From: Neoconidiobolus thromboides FSU 785
Lineage: Eukaryota > Fungi > Entomophthoromycota
DNA length: 64,000 bases
Direction of reading: 5' to 3'
NCBI GenBank assembly: GCA_025603075.1
Contig: MU626312.1
Coordinates: 51,851-115,850 of the forward strand
A program made the translations under genes and the position numbers. The notes below the pieces were generated by a model. That model was not told the DNA's origin. It saw nothing but the letters and a program-made list of their open reading frames with translations, and did no database searches. This document shows, piece by piece, positions 1 through 12,995 of the stretch (positions are counted from its first letter, which is position 1; each line of letters starts with the position of its first letter).

Positions 1-957
1 TAATAAAATGATGGATAAACATAGACATGTTTTAGGGGAGAAATGCTAAATAAAGAAGAAAAATTAGTTTGTGAGTTGAAATTATAACGAAAAAAGTAAG
101 ATGAATTTATAGAGTATTATTGATTACCCTTAAATGTCTTTCGGCTGCTGGAAATAAAGCAAATGTAACAATTGAAATGGACAATATACTAGCTACTTTT
201 AAAGTGGAGTTAGTGTTTCTTGATGCTAATAAAACAGAACCAAAGATGGCAGCGTTAATAGATATAGTACCAGGAAATCTATTTTTAAATAAAAGTTATT
301 ATCTATCTCTTCTAATATTAACTATAAAAACAAACTTACACAATATCCATACAATTCTCACTTGAATAATCATGCCAGATAGCATTAATAGTAAAGGCTA
401 AAGTAGCTAGGAACCAAATACTATCTACCGATACATCCGAAGTTAACGTTTTTAATAAAGGAGATAAACCAAATATAACTACTATTATTAATAAACCACT
501 TTTTACTGTAGCTTCAACTATTATTCCATTAATATAAAACTAATAAACAAAAATGATAGTAAATAAAATAAAACTTACGATCAATATAAGTTTCTTTATG
601 AGCTTTCCTCATTGAAAGATACCAAAAGAAATAAGCAATTATAGTAAATATAAAAGCAAAATTTAATACCAAATTGGGTTGCCATACATCACTTTCAATT
701 TTTAAAAGAGTAAATACAAACAAAATGATTTTATTCAAGTGAAGTAATATTGTTACTGATGCTTGAAAACATAAATGGCTTAATGTATATCGCCGAACGT
801 TTACTAAAATTTGGACTTTAGTTTATTTTTTAGATACTTGTTTTTTTGAAACTAGAATACCATTTTTCCTCAGTAAATTTAAAAATGTAGCATCCGTATA
901 ATTATCTGGATAAGGTTGTTTTTCATATAAGATTCTACGCCATTTAGGTTTACTCAT
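1..957 (-). CDS. GPI2: GPI-GlcNAc transferase subunit C (PIG-C/Gpi2), spliced, 3' end runs off the window
   Basis: Minus-strand ATG at 957 gives [32 protein letters not shown], the PIG-C N-terminal motif. Later exons give [18 protein letters not shown] and [15 protein letters not shown], matching PIG-C transmembrane motifs. GT-AG introns separate the exons. Confidence 0.92.
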
Positions 958-1097
958 TCTAATTTTTTACAATACACTATCACTTTAGAACTATTTACTC
1001 ACTTTAACATTTCACTCTTATTGCAAAAGTTCAAATTTTTGCAATTTTTTAATCAAACAACACAGTTCTAATTCTTCATTTTTAATCTTCAAAAAAA

Positions 1098-3379
1098 ATG
1101 AACCAAAACAATAGTAGGAATAGTACAAATGGAAGAAAGTTAAGATCTAGTTTGCGTTGTAAAGAAGGAGAAAATCATAATTTACCAACTTCTCCAGTAT
1201 TTAGAAGATCCACTCGGCTGTCAAATAGATTTGAAAACGATGAAAAAGATAAATTGTCAAATAAAAGATTATTAAGTCCAACTTCGGATAACGATGAAAT
1301 TAGTATAAAAAGGTTGATGAGTGTTAATGAAATTTCCTCTGATGGATATCGAGATGAAGATGAAATATATCAGCTTGGGAGTAAAGGAGAAGGTTATTCA
1401 TCTGAGGAAACGATTGGTAATTTAAATTTGATATTTTTTAGATTTATTATTTAACAACAACAGAAAATAAAGAACCCAAAAAGGATATTGAAAAAAAAAA
1501 TAATGATAATAAAAATGACAATAAAAAAAGTGAATCCATTATCAAGTTTAATTTAGAAGACGAGGATGAAGGTAATGAAGAAGATACTTTAGGACAAGAA
1601 TATTACCTCCCTCTAAACGCAGCAGAAATAATAGAATCTCGTCCAGATATTAAAATACCATCAAAAATAAGCTTACCAACATCAATATTTACTACCTCTC
1701 TTTCAAAAGTTGGTGGCCTAGATCCTCACATTTATAAAATAAAAGAATCAATCGTATTACCCATTTTATACCCCGAATTTTGTAAACAATATAATATCAT
1801 ATCTTCAAGGGGTATTTTATTCCATGGTCCACCTGGTACAGGAAAAACTTTTTTAGCTAAATCATTAGTACATGAGTGTTCCAAAGAAAAAGTGCCCATT
1901 GCCTATTTTCATGTAAATAATGCAGATATCTTAAGTAAATGGGTAGGTGAATCTGAAATTCGATTGAAAAAGATCTTTGAAACAGCAAAATTATGGGCCC
2001 CAAGTATAATATTTTTTGATGAAATTGATGGACTTGCGCCTATTAGAGATGAAAATGATCGACCTAGTGCTTCTTTAGTATCTTCATTATTAGCTTATAT
2101 GGATGGGTTTAAAGATTTAGGTAAAGTATTAGTGATTGGTTCTACTAATCGAATTGAAGCTATTGATCCTGCTTTAAGGAGGCCTGGTAGGTTCGATGAA
2201 GAATTATATTTCGCTTTACCAAATTTAGAAGCTAGAAAATCAATCATTAATGCTATTACTAATTCATGGCCAATACCATTAGATAAACAAGTTATTGATA
2301 AAATTATCAACTTAACTAAAGGATATAGTGGAGCCGATTTAAAATCTTTATGTGATAAAGCCGTAGTAGCGGCATTTATTCGAAGAAATCCAGATACATT
2401 TGATAAAGAAATTGGAGCAAGCAATATAGATTGTTCTACTATGAAAATTGAAGAATGCGATTTTATGATAGCATTAAAGAAAGTAACTTCTGTATCTCAA
2501 AATTTAATTGGTATGAAATGTCAATCAATAGTACCACCTTATGATAAATTATTAAATCCAATGGTAGAAGATGTATTAGAAGCAATCAATAAAGATTTAG
2601 AACAGAATAGTATAATTATGAATGAAAATTTAGTACCAAAAGTAGTGATTATTAATGGAAACTCTGGGGTTGTACAAAATTTAATATTATCATCTACATT
2701 AAATAATTTAGAAGATTATCGTATTGTAATGATTGATTTAACACAGCTTTGTATACCGGATGATGTTACTGGTTGTAAAGAATTAAGTCTCATACTTAAT
2801 GGATCCCAATTTTATTCTACAAAAACGTTATTTGTTATAAAAGAAGTTAAAATATTACATGTTTACTGTCCCCAATTAATTACTATATTACGTAATTTTA
2901 TGTTATCGCCTTGTAAAAAAGGATCGGTTACCTTTTTAATTACATGCGATAAATTAAAGGATATGAGTTTTTATTTTAAAGATGTAATTGGTAAAGTGAT
3001 TCAAACTAATGATATTTATTTAGGAGTTAAAGCTCCTTTTGTTGAATCTTTATTAAAAGAATATTTTGATCCAAGAATAATAAATGATAATAATAATAAT
3101 AATAATGATAATAACTTGTATAAAGGGAATAGTTTTGAAAGTATACAAGAAGAAAAGAAAGAAACAAGTTATAACCAATGCTCTCTTCGTAACCTTTGTT
3201 TAAGTAATATTATGTATGCTATGGAAGGCTTAGAAGTTCAAGATATTATTAAATTTAGTATTTGTCTTAAATTGGAACTTATTGAACCTTGTTATACTGC
3301 TTTAAGAAAACAAATTGAGCAGGTTGCTAGTGAATTTAAAAAAAGTAAAAAAAGCGGTATTCAGTATATTCCACTTTGA
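1098..3379 (+). CDS. YTA7: ATAD2/Yta7-family AAA+ ATPase, about 744 aa, no bromodomain
   Basis: Two exons (intron 1417-1463, frame preserved). Motifs: YLPLN, VGGL, RGILFHGPPGTGKT (Walker A), SKWVGESE, IIFFDEIDGLAP (Walker B), ALRRPGRFD (Arg finger), W-PIPL. A degenerate second AAA domain follows, then the stop at 3379. Confidence 0.85.
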
Positions 3380-3502
3380 AAGGGATTTGAATATTGGTAT
3401 TGCTTTTTATGGATTTATATATGTTAGTGTAATAAAACTAAGCTTATTATTTATTATTTTATTAATATTTAAGTTTACTTTTTAATTCCAATGTCCATAT
3501 AT

Positions 3503-3601
3503 GGGGATGTATTTTTGTGTTTAAGAATTTTACTAACAAATTTTCCACGCAAATAGCGCTTAAAAGATGGAAAAAGTAATGAAGCCAAAAAAAACACTCC
3601 C
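3503..3601. mobile_element. MITE family copy 1 (99 bp)
   Basis: Termini GGGGATGTATTTTT...AAAAAAACACTCCC, flanked by ATAT on both sides. Shares the internal core (AAATAGCGCTTAAAA) with 13 other copies. Confidence 0.85.
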
Positions 3602-3820
3602 ATATTTTTAATTTTTAATTAATATTTTTTAATAAAATTAAGTTCTAAGCATATATTCAATATTAACAAATTCCAATTTTAACATTTCATAGTATTAGCC
3701 ATAACAGTTAACACTTGTAACAAAATTAGCCAATAAAATTACAAATTAAAATCCACTGACTCCATAATAAAAAAATTATAATTTTTAAATTTTAGCTTAT
3801 TAAAATTGGATAATTAAATA

Positions 3821-6800
3821 ATGAGCAGTCGATTGGGACAAGCTAATAATAGTAATAATAATGGCTTGTTAAATAATTATAATTTGGGAGGTGTATTACA
3901 TTTTCTTCAAGCGGAATGGCGTAATTTTGAAAAACAAAGAGTGGAATGGGAAATTGAAAGAGCTGAATTATCGGTAATTATAGAATTGGGATTTAAATTT
4001 TAATTATGATGATTAATTACCGACTTTCATTAGGCAAAAATAGCTTCTTTAGAAGGTGAAAGAAAAGCATCAGAATCTGTTAGAAATGATTTATTAAAAA
4101 GGATTAAAATGTTAGAGTTTGCTTTAAGACAAGAGAGGTAATAATTGTCCATTTTCTAGAAATTAAAGATTTTTTAACGGAGTAATTTTTAAAGGGGTAA
4201 ACTATTATCCAATTCTTCTAATATCGAGCGTGGTGAAAGTCCATCTCCTTCAGTATCTAGTAGTAATAGTTTGAGTTTAAAATAATATCAAAATTAGAAT
4301 TAATATTCTTTTTATTTTTAGTTGCTTCACCTGTTAATTATGCTAAACATATATTAAAGACTAGAAATTCTTCTGCTTCTTTAGGTGGACAAAAAAGTAA
4401 ATATAGGAAGGATAAATGTAGAGAAATTTTAAAAATGTAAACTTTTTTATGAAATAGTATTTAGTAAATAACTAATTTTATTAGGTGTCTTGAAGAGTTA
4501 AATACAATCCCATCTACTTTACCACCAGGAGGTATATATAATAGCCCATTTATTGAAAGTAGAAATGAAATAAAAACAAGTGAGAGTGAAGAAAGTATGT
4601 CTAATAAATATAATAGAGTAAACAATGATCGAAAATCCAATTTATCGATTGAAATCAGTAATGAGGCACCACCTGAATTTATTAGTAGTCCATTACCACC
4701 GGAAATATTAAAGAAACCAACAGCAACAACAACAATTACAGTAATTGAAAAGAATAAGGCAATACCAAGGAGTAAAAATAATAATAAAAATGCAGATGGA
4801 GAAGAAGAAAGTGAAGAAGAAAAAAGGAAAAAAAGAATTACAGTTATTGTACCCGAAGATTATAATGGGGTTATCTTTGATGATATGGGCCATTCTCCAT
4901 TAAATAATGAAAATATGGCGGATCCCGACTTAGACCCAGTACCTTTTGAAAAAAATGAAATTGAAAAGGGGGAAGAGGTATTGGATTATTCGGTTAGTTT
5001 TAATGAAAATATTACAAGTTTGAATTATAATGCTTTAAATTTAGATTGCTTCACTCTCATCATCGGCGGCTAATAAATTATCATCTATCCTTAAAGCTTT
5101 AGGTAGAAAACAAGAGGAGGAAGGAAGTAATGGAAGTGAGACTGGTGAGTTTTTATTATATTATATGATGAATATAGATATTAATATTTAATATTTCTAA
5201 TTTAGTTAAAGAAAATGAGAATAGTTTTTTAAATCAAGAACCTAGTTTAAATATTGACAGTGACGTATCATTACCACTTTCACCAGTAAGTTTTAAATTA
5301 TGAGTCATATAACAATAATAATAATAATTTATTTTATCCTATTTCAGTATTCAAATGATAAAGAAGTTAAAGATTATAGTGTGAATTATTCATGGAAACC
5401 AAAATTAACACTTAAAAGGTAATTTGTTATTAATAAGTAGTTATATTATAAATTCTAATATTATTTTAAATATAAAGTCACTTGGATACTATTCGATCAA
5501 TTGATTTTCATCAAAGTGAACTTACTCTAGCATCTGGTTCTGAAGATGGCACTGTAAAAATTTGGAATTTGCAAGCATTAGCAAATTTAACTAAAAAGTA
5601 ATATTAATATAAACTAATTCTAATCATAAAATAGTAATAGTATTTAATAATAAAAAAATAGAACTGCTAGACAAGAAATTGAACCTACCTTTGTTTATCG
5701 AGGACATACAGGTCCAGTAACTTGTGTTGAAATAGGATCTGAAGATAAAACGATTTATTCAAGTTCATTTGATTGTAGTATAAAAGCATGGAAATTTCCA
5801 AGAGATGGTAGAACTACTCAAGATCCTACAGGTAATTTCTTAAATTTTAATTAAATTTAAAGAATATAAATTAATAACATGATATAAAATATAAATAGAA
5901 CCTTCCTTATTAACAAACACATTTATTGGTCATACGGATATTGTATGGAATTTAAAATTGGGACCCAAATCCCAAGATAAATTAATATTAGGTAGTGTAT
6001 CTGCTGATCAAACTACTAAATTATGGGATGGTGGGAATAAATCAACTAATAATCTACTATCTACAATTTATTTTAATAATGATAAAAAGAGTAAGTTATT
6101 TATATAATAAGGACTATATTATTTAAAAAGTAATATTAATAATAATAACTATTTTTTAGATAAGATGACACCTACAGCTATTGATTTTTGGAAATCGGAT
6201 CCAAATAAAGTGATTATTAGTTATCGTAATTCTAAAATTCAGTTAGTAGATATTGAAACAGGAAAAATTGTAGTAGATTTTTTGTCAGATAGTACATATG
6301 GTAAGTAGATTATAAATAGAAAGAGATTAAGATATCTAATATTAAATATTATAATTTATTATTTTAATTAGATAATACCCCCTTTACTCAAATTAATTGT
6401 ATATTATCTCATCCAACAATGCCATTGCTTATTTCGGGTCATGAAGATAAATTTATTCGATTTTTTGATATTAATTCGGGTAATATTTTTATATTTCAAT
6501 ATATAGTTTATTGATATCTTATATTGAATTTCAACAGGTAAATCAATTCATTCAATGGTAGCCCATTTAGATTCGGTATCTTCATTAGATATCAGTTCTT
6601 CCAATTTAACATTAGTTTCTGGTGGTAAGTTGAATATTTTATAATAATAAAATAATAATTTCTATTTATTAATATTAATATTAATATTAATATTCTATTT
6701 TTTTAAGGACATGATGCATCTATTAGGTGGTGGGATCTAAGTAACTATTCTTGTATACAAGAATTTTCATCACATCGATCAAAATCTAATCAAGCAGTCT

Positions 6801-6880
6801 ATTCAGTTAAATTTCATAAATCTTATCCTTGGTTAGCTACAGCAGGTGCAGATTCTATTGTTAAATTATTTTCAGTTTAA
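3821..6880 (+). CDS. FAR8: Striatin (Far8/Pro11, STRIPAK scaffold), multi-exon
   Basis: N-terminal striatin domain LGGVLHFLQAEWRNFEKQRVEWEIERAEL...AKIASLEGERKASE...IKMLEFALRQER. C-terminal WD40 repeats (ASGSEDGTVKIWNL, SGGHDASIRWWDL, TAGADSIVKLF). Stop at 6878-6880. Confidence 0.92.
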
Positions 6881-7059
6881 ATTAAAGTCCAATATTGTTA
6901 ATTGCAATAATTTAATAAAATAAATGTTTTATTGAATATATTTTTTTACAATTTTATGTTTATTATATTCAACATTCAACATTGTTTGTTATTATTCTCT
7001 ATTGATTATTTTAATATTTTGTAATCTTGTTATTGTTACTTGATTGAATATTTTATTTT

Positions 7060-7096
7060 ATTTTATATTTTATATTTTATATTTTATATTTTATAT
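7060..7096 (+). repeat. (TATTTTA)n simple repeat
   Basis: About five tandem TATTTTA units in intergenic DNA. Confidence 0.7.
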
Positions 7097-8157
7097 TTTT
7101 TATTCTTTATCTTTATTTCATTTTATTTTTATTAAATATCGTTGCTACAACTTTGTATTATATACATTGTAATATATTATTTTAATTAATATTTTATAAT
7201 TAATTAAAAATAAGACCAATAAGACAGTTGCTATTCTTAATTTGGTAATTTAAAGTATTAATTTTAAAAAAAAATAGAGGATGCTACTTTGTTTAATTAT
7301 TATTAAGCTTAGATTTGAAATTATTCTATTTTTAAATGAATATAAATTATAGTTTAAGTTTGTTTTATAAATTATTAATACATTTGAACAATACTATTTG
7401 ATGCTATTTGAATTATGCTACAATCTATTAATGATATAATAAAAAAGCTAACTTAATTAATTAAACAAACTCAATTTTATTTATTTTATTGAAATTCCAA
7501 TTTATTTTAATATTCCAATCTTAATTAATTTAATAAATTAACAATAAACATTAAGTAAACAAAAAAGGGGATTTTAATAAGCTTTTTGATTGGATGAAAT
7601 GTAAGACATTAGAACCATAATTTAAGAATCAAAATTTACTTGAATGGTAACCAATAAAATGTCGATTTAATGATATTAGGCTATTCAAAATTACTATAAA
7701 TAGCAATTCAACATTTTCAAATACAATGAATTTTGATTTAATTGCTATAACTTTATTTTAACTTAAATAACTACTCATTTAATAATCAAATTCGACTAAA
7801 TTCTGGTTAAATATAAGGATTAAGTATTAAAAAAATCAAATAATAAAAAGTTAATATTAAATATTATTGCAAACCAGATCATAATAGAATTTCAGAAGTT
7901 GTATTTTGTCTAAAAAAATACAAAGAAATTATTGAAAGTTTAATTAGATGTTTAATTGGTTGATAAAATATTAATAAAATGATTTGTTCCATGTTTAATA
8001 AAAAAATATCAAAATAAGGAGTTGATATCAAAATTGAATTCAATTCTTTAAATTTAATTAACAACTTCTTTGTTATAATCTACAATTTAGATTTATAAAA
8101 TAAATAATAAATAATAAATAATCGATATTTCTTCATTTAATTTAATAAAAACAAAAG

Positions 8158-8697
8158 ATGATAAGTAGTATTGATATTTCGGATTTAAAGGACCTCAACA
8201 TGAAACGACGTTCTATGGTTCATGCCATGGTCCGAGCTAAAGTAGATTATACTAAATCTAGAGAAGGAGAATTAAGTTTTTTAAAAGGACAACATTTTAC
8301 AGTTATACCAGGACATCAAGAAGTAGAATACTATGAAGTAGTGAATCCAGATACTAAAGAAAAAGGATTAGTTAAGGTAAAAATGATGGAATATTATGCA
8401 GCAAATAATCAAGTATTTTATCAATTAAAACAAAATAATCAACTAATTAATCAAATTAACACTGAAAATGTATTAAATAATACTAACGGTAACAAAGATT
8501 TCAAACAAAGAATTGGGTTTGCTTTAACAACTATAAAAAATCCCCAAATGGGATTTATGGAAATTAATAAAGATGATGCTTTATTAATTATTGATCAATC
8601 CGAAGATTATTATATTGCTAAACCTATTGGTAAATTAGGTATTCCTGCTAAGATATTAATTAAAGATGTATTATTACAACAAGTTTTCAATAATGAA

Positions 8698-8728
<31 letters not shown>

Positions 8729-8797
8729 CAATATCTTCAACAATTCCTAATAAAATATTAGAAAAAATACAACCATTACCAGCATTACCAATTTCAA

Positions 8798-8830
<33 letters not shown>

Positions 8831-9846
8831 GTAATATTAATATTAATAATAAATCGACACATACTAAAGTAAATTTAAGTATATCATCTATTAATAAAAA
8901 CATAATTAATCCTAAATTCAATCCTAATCGACGAAGAGGTTCTGTACAAACAAAAGCCATGTATTCCAATTCATTAGGAGGCTATTTTTTAACAGAAGAT
9001 GAAGTATTAGATAAAAGTAGTAGTAAAATTATTAGTGATACTAATATTTATGATATTAAAGTAAAAGAAATGATATCTATTGATGGTATTGACTATATTA
9101 AAATTCAAGTTATTTATTTGAAAGATATGGACAAAATAATCATTTATAGAAGACAAGAAGAAATTAATAGTTTAAATAATAAGATTTGTTGTTTAAATGA
9201 AGTAGATAATAATTTATTACCTAAATTACCTAGTTTGAAGTTCAATAGGAAAACAGATCTGGAATTAAAGTATCATTTGAGTAATTATGAGTTATATTTG
9301 ATAGATGTGGAGGCTTATCTTTGGGATTTACTATATTTCAATAATAGTTTGTTGAATTTAAATCTAGAAATCTTTTTAAAAGAAACAGAGATTGATAGAA
9401 ATATTCATATTTCATTAAAATTTAATCTAAGTTTATTGAAGCCAATTCAAATAGGACCAAGCTTTGAAAAAGATTTAATGAATTTGTCATTTTCAAAAAA
9501 CATTCAAGTAAATAAAACTAGTAATTCTAATAATCATCATGAGCAACAACTACTATTACAACAACAACAAATGAGCAATAATTCAATAATAACAAATAAA
9601 AGAGGCAGCTTCAAGATTAAATTACAAATTGATGATAATTTATTTGCTTATTATTTAAAACAAGATCCTATTTCATATCAAGAATTTTTAACTAGTATTA
9701 CAGATTATTTAGGCTTTACTAACTTTAATTTACAATATAAACATTTGAAGTCCAATCAAATATTACCTTTACAGAATGAACAACAATTTCTTAATGCTAT
9801 TAATGAATCTAATAAAAATTATTTATATGTATTGGCTAAATTTTAG
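8158..9846 (+). CDS. BEM1: Divergent Bem1/Scd2-like scaffold (SH3-SH3-PX-PB1), intronless
   Basis: SH3-1 (DY...ELSFLKG...NP...GLV). SH3-2 contains YIAKPIGKLG, matching the Bem1 WFIAKPIGRLG motif. PX-like YRR segment and C-terminal PB1-like FKIKLQIDDNLFAYYL. Single 562-aa ORF. Confidence 0.7.
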
Positions 9847-10224
9847 TTAAATAAGGGAAAAGAAAAGAAGAGACGGAGAAGAGACAAAGAAGAGTAATTG
9901 ATGTAATATTTCAAGTCAATTTATATTTTAATACATAGTTAAATAAAATTTATATAAATTTATACTTTTTATTTTTTATTTAAGTTTATACAAAATATTC
10001 AAATAATAAGTTATAAATTGTAATTATTTACTATATAATAAAACTATTAAAGCATATAATATGATTTATAATTTATAATTTATAATTCATTATTATTATT
10101 ATAGGAAATAAAGCAAATAACTTTGATAATTTTAGAATAGTCATTGATTCATTTTTCATTTTCTTTTGATCCTTTAAACGCAACTATAAATTTTTCAAGT
10201 AACTGATAGTTCTTCTTATCATAT

Positions 10225-10323
10225 GGGAATGTTTTTTTTAGTTTTATCACTTTTTCTATCTTTTAAGCACTATTTAAGTGGAAAAATTATTAGTAGAATT
10301 CTTAAACACAAAAATACATCCCC
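10225..10323. mobile_element. MITE family copy 2 (99 bp, opposite orientation to copy 1)
   Basis: GGGAATGTTTTTTTT...AAAAATACATCCCC with ATAT/ATAT flanks. Confidence 0.85.
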
Positions 10324-11376
10324 ATATTGAATTAATTACCATTTAATATCATCTATATCGTATATTCAATAATTAATAATATTAATATATTTGCATGTAT
10401 TACTTGTTTTATGTTAATAACTAAATTATTGCACTCAAAAGTAGATGACTCTTTAATTTTATTATCATGATATAATTTAAATTGTCACTCTTCATTTTCT
10501 TTTTCATTTAGAGAATTAATAGTATGAATGTGTATATTATAAATTACAATACTAATAATAACTTCATTTGCTTCAAATTTTGGTATTGGAATGTTGTGAT
10601 TATTAGTGTGTCTCTAAAATTCCATATAAAAATTACAAAAAAGCTATCCATATTTATTCTTAAGCTTTAATTCATTAATTTTTATAGAATCATTATTCAA
10701 TTTTATTCGGTTCTTAAATAGTTCCCTAACTCCAATTTTCAACTTATTTCACTTTACTTTAATCAAATGAAGTATATGGTTTATTTCCCAAATCAATAAC
10801 TTCTTTTAATTTCTTATTTAATTTTATTCTTTCTGATCTTCTCATCTTCAAAATAGCTAACTATTACTATCAAAGATAGATAAAAAATAAAAGTTGATAA
10901 GGTACCAAATAGAATGATGAAAAATATCAAAGAGATTAAATATTATTTCTTAAAAAGAAATCAATCCATAATCTCTACAATCTATTTATTTAAATACTGA
11001 AACTGAATGCATTTATTTTACTTATTTATTACCTATCCTAATAAAATAATCATATATAAATACAAAGTTAGATATATTCATTGTTATCTATACATTACCA
11101 AAGTTCGTTTCATCAACCATTATAAATATAAAATAAATGCATTTGTATAAAAAAACAAATTTGAGCCTAATTGTAAAATATTAAATTTTAATTGGACTAA
11201 GCATTCACCAACCAATGAACTATAACTCATTAGTATTTTGATGACTTAACATTAACATTAACATTAGCATTATTCATAAATTAATTTCAAAAAGACTAAG
11301 CCTTAAAATTAGAAATTAACTCCATTTAAACTTTAAACTCTTATATTTTTATAAAAAACAACAAAGATAAAAAGAA

Positions 11377-12886
11377 ATGGTAACCTTCAATCTAATAAAT
11401 ACTAAAATATCTTTCATTAATTGTTTTATTACTTTATAGTTTGGAGGTTACAATGATGAAGAAGGAGGTGGTGGGTTTAATGCTTTTGGTTTTAATTTAA
11501 ATCAAATTCAATTTCCATTTGCTCAATACAACACTAATTTTGAAGAAAGTTATCGTGTTTATTCAGTACAGAATTTACCTGGACCATCTAGAACCTCGGT
11601 TAATTTTGGTGGAAAAAGTAAGTTGAATTAAGATTATAATTGTAATATAAAGTTGATTAATTTATTTTATTAAAAATATAGTTTTTTTACCCCCATCTGC
11701 TTTAGTTAAATTGTGTAAGTTTATTAGAATGAAATCAGACTAATGAAATGCTGTATATTAATATTGTTTTTTTATTTTTAATAGCCAATTTAAATATTAG
11801 TTACCCAATGTTATTTGAGCTAAAATTTAATGAAACTTATACTTATGCTGGTGTGTTGGAATTTATTGCTGAAGAAGGAAGAGTTTATATACCGCAATGG
11901 GTAATCTTTATTAAACTCAAAGTTTTTAATAAGAATTTTAATTAATATAATAATAAATAGATGTTGGAATCCTTACAAGCAACTGAAGGAGATATCATTG
12001 ATATATGTAGTACTAGTTTACCACTTGGTACCTTTGTTAAAATTCAACCGCAATCTCCAGATTTCTTAGACATTACAGATCCTAAAGCAGTGTAAGTTCA
12101 TTCTTATAACAACAACAAAAGAATATTTTTTTAAATTAAGGATTATATTAACTTAGGTTGGAAAATGCGTTTAGAAATTTTTCATGTTTAACTAAACAAG
12201 AAATTATTACAATTAGTTATAATAACAAACTATATGATATTTTAGTAATGGAAATTAAACCGGAAGGTAGGGGAATTTCAATTATTGAAACAGATCTAGA
12301 GGTAAATTCAAGCTTATTATTATTAAAAATAGTAAATTTTATGATTAATTAATAAATTGTTTAGGTGGATTTTGCAGAACCTCTTGGTTATGTAGAACCT
12401 CAAAGACCTGCTTCTTCAATGAGTGTGGTAAGTTCTTGATAATGACTTATATAAAAATTGATATTAATTTTAGTTTTAATTTTAATTTAGCCAAGTACAA
12501 CTAAAATTGAGAATTTAGAAACTGCTGTTGACCAGACAAAATGGTCTGCTTTTTCTGGAACTGGTCAAGCACTTTCCAATCGTAAAAAGAAAAAGTAAGT
12601 AATTGTAATTTAAATATTCAAATACACTTAATTTTATTAATAAATTACTGTTTTTATTCTAATTTTAATTTATAGTATTAAACAAGAAGAAAGTAAAGAA
12701 ATCAATATTACTCCAAATGAAGATAGTGTGATTCCAATTCCGTTAAAATTACCTTCCAATAATTTATTCTTTGGTTATCGCTATATACCTCCTCCTGGGC
12801 AAGAAGGTAATGAAGTAAATAATCAAGAACAAGGGAGTAGTAGTGGATTTAAAGGAAATGGTCAAAATTTAAAAAATAAGTCATAA
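11377..12886 (+). CDS. UFD1: Ubiquitin fusion degradation protein 1 (Cdc48 cofactor)
   Basis: FEESYRVYS...[85 protein letters not shown] and C-terminal SHP-like [14 protein letters not shown]. The first exon is the ATG alone. Confidence 0.95.
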
Positions 12887-12995
12887 ATTTTTCAACCTTT
12901 TTTTTGTAATAAATAGTATTTTAATTTTAATAATTATAATAGAATTCTAAATGATAATAATACAATTTGTTTTATTTTAAATGTTTTAACATTAT

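Noticed and set aside
8610-8969. Hydrophobic poly-Leu ORFs on opposite strands (also 46462-46737, 53688-53969, 57202-57603, 24996-25241)
   Set aside because: They are antisense shadows of (AAT)n poly-Asn or K/E-rich real genes and have no independent support.
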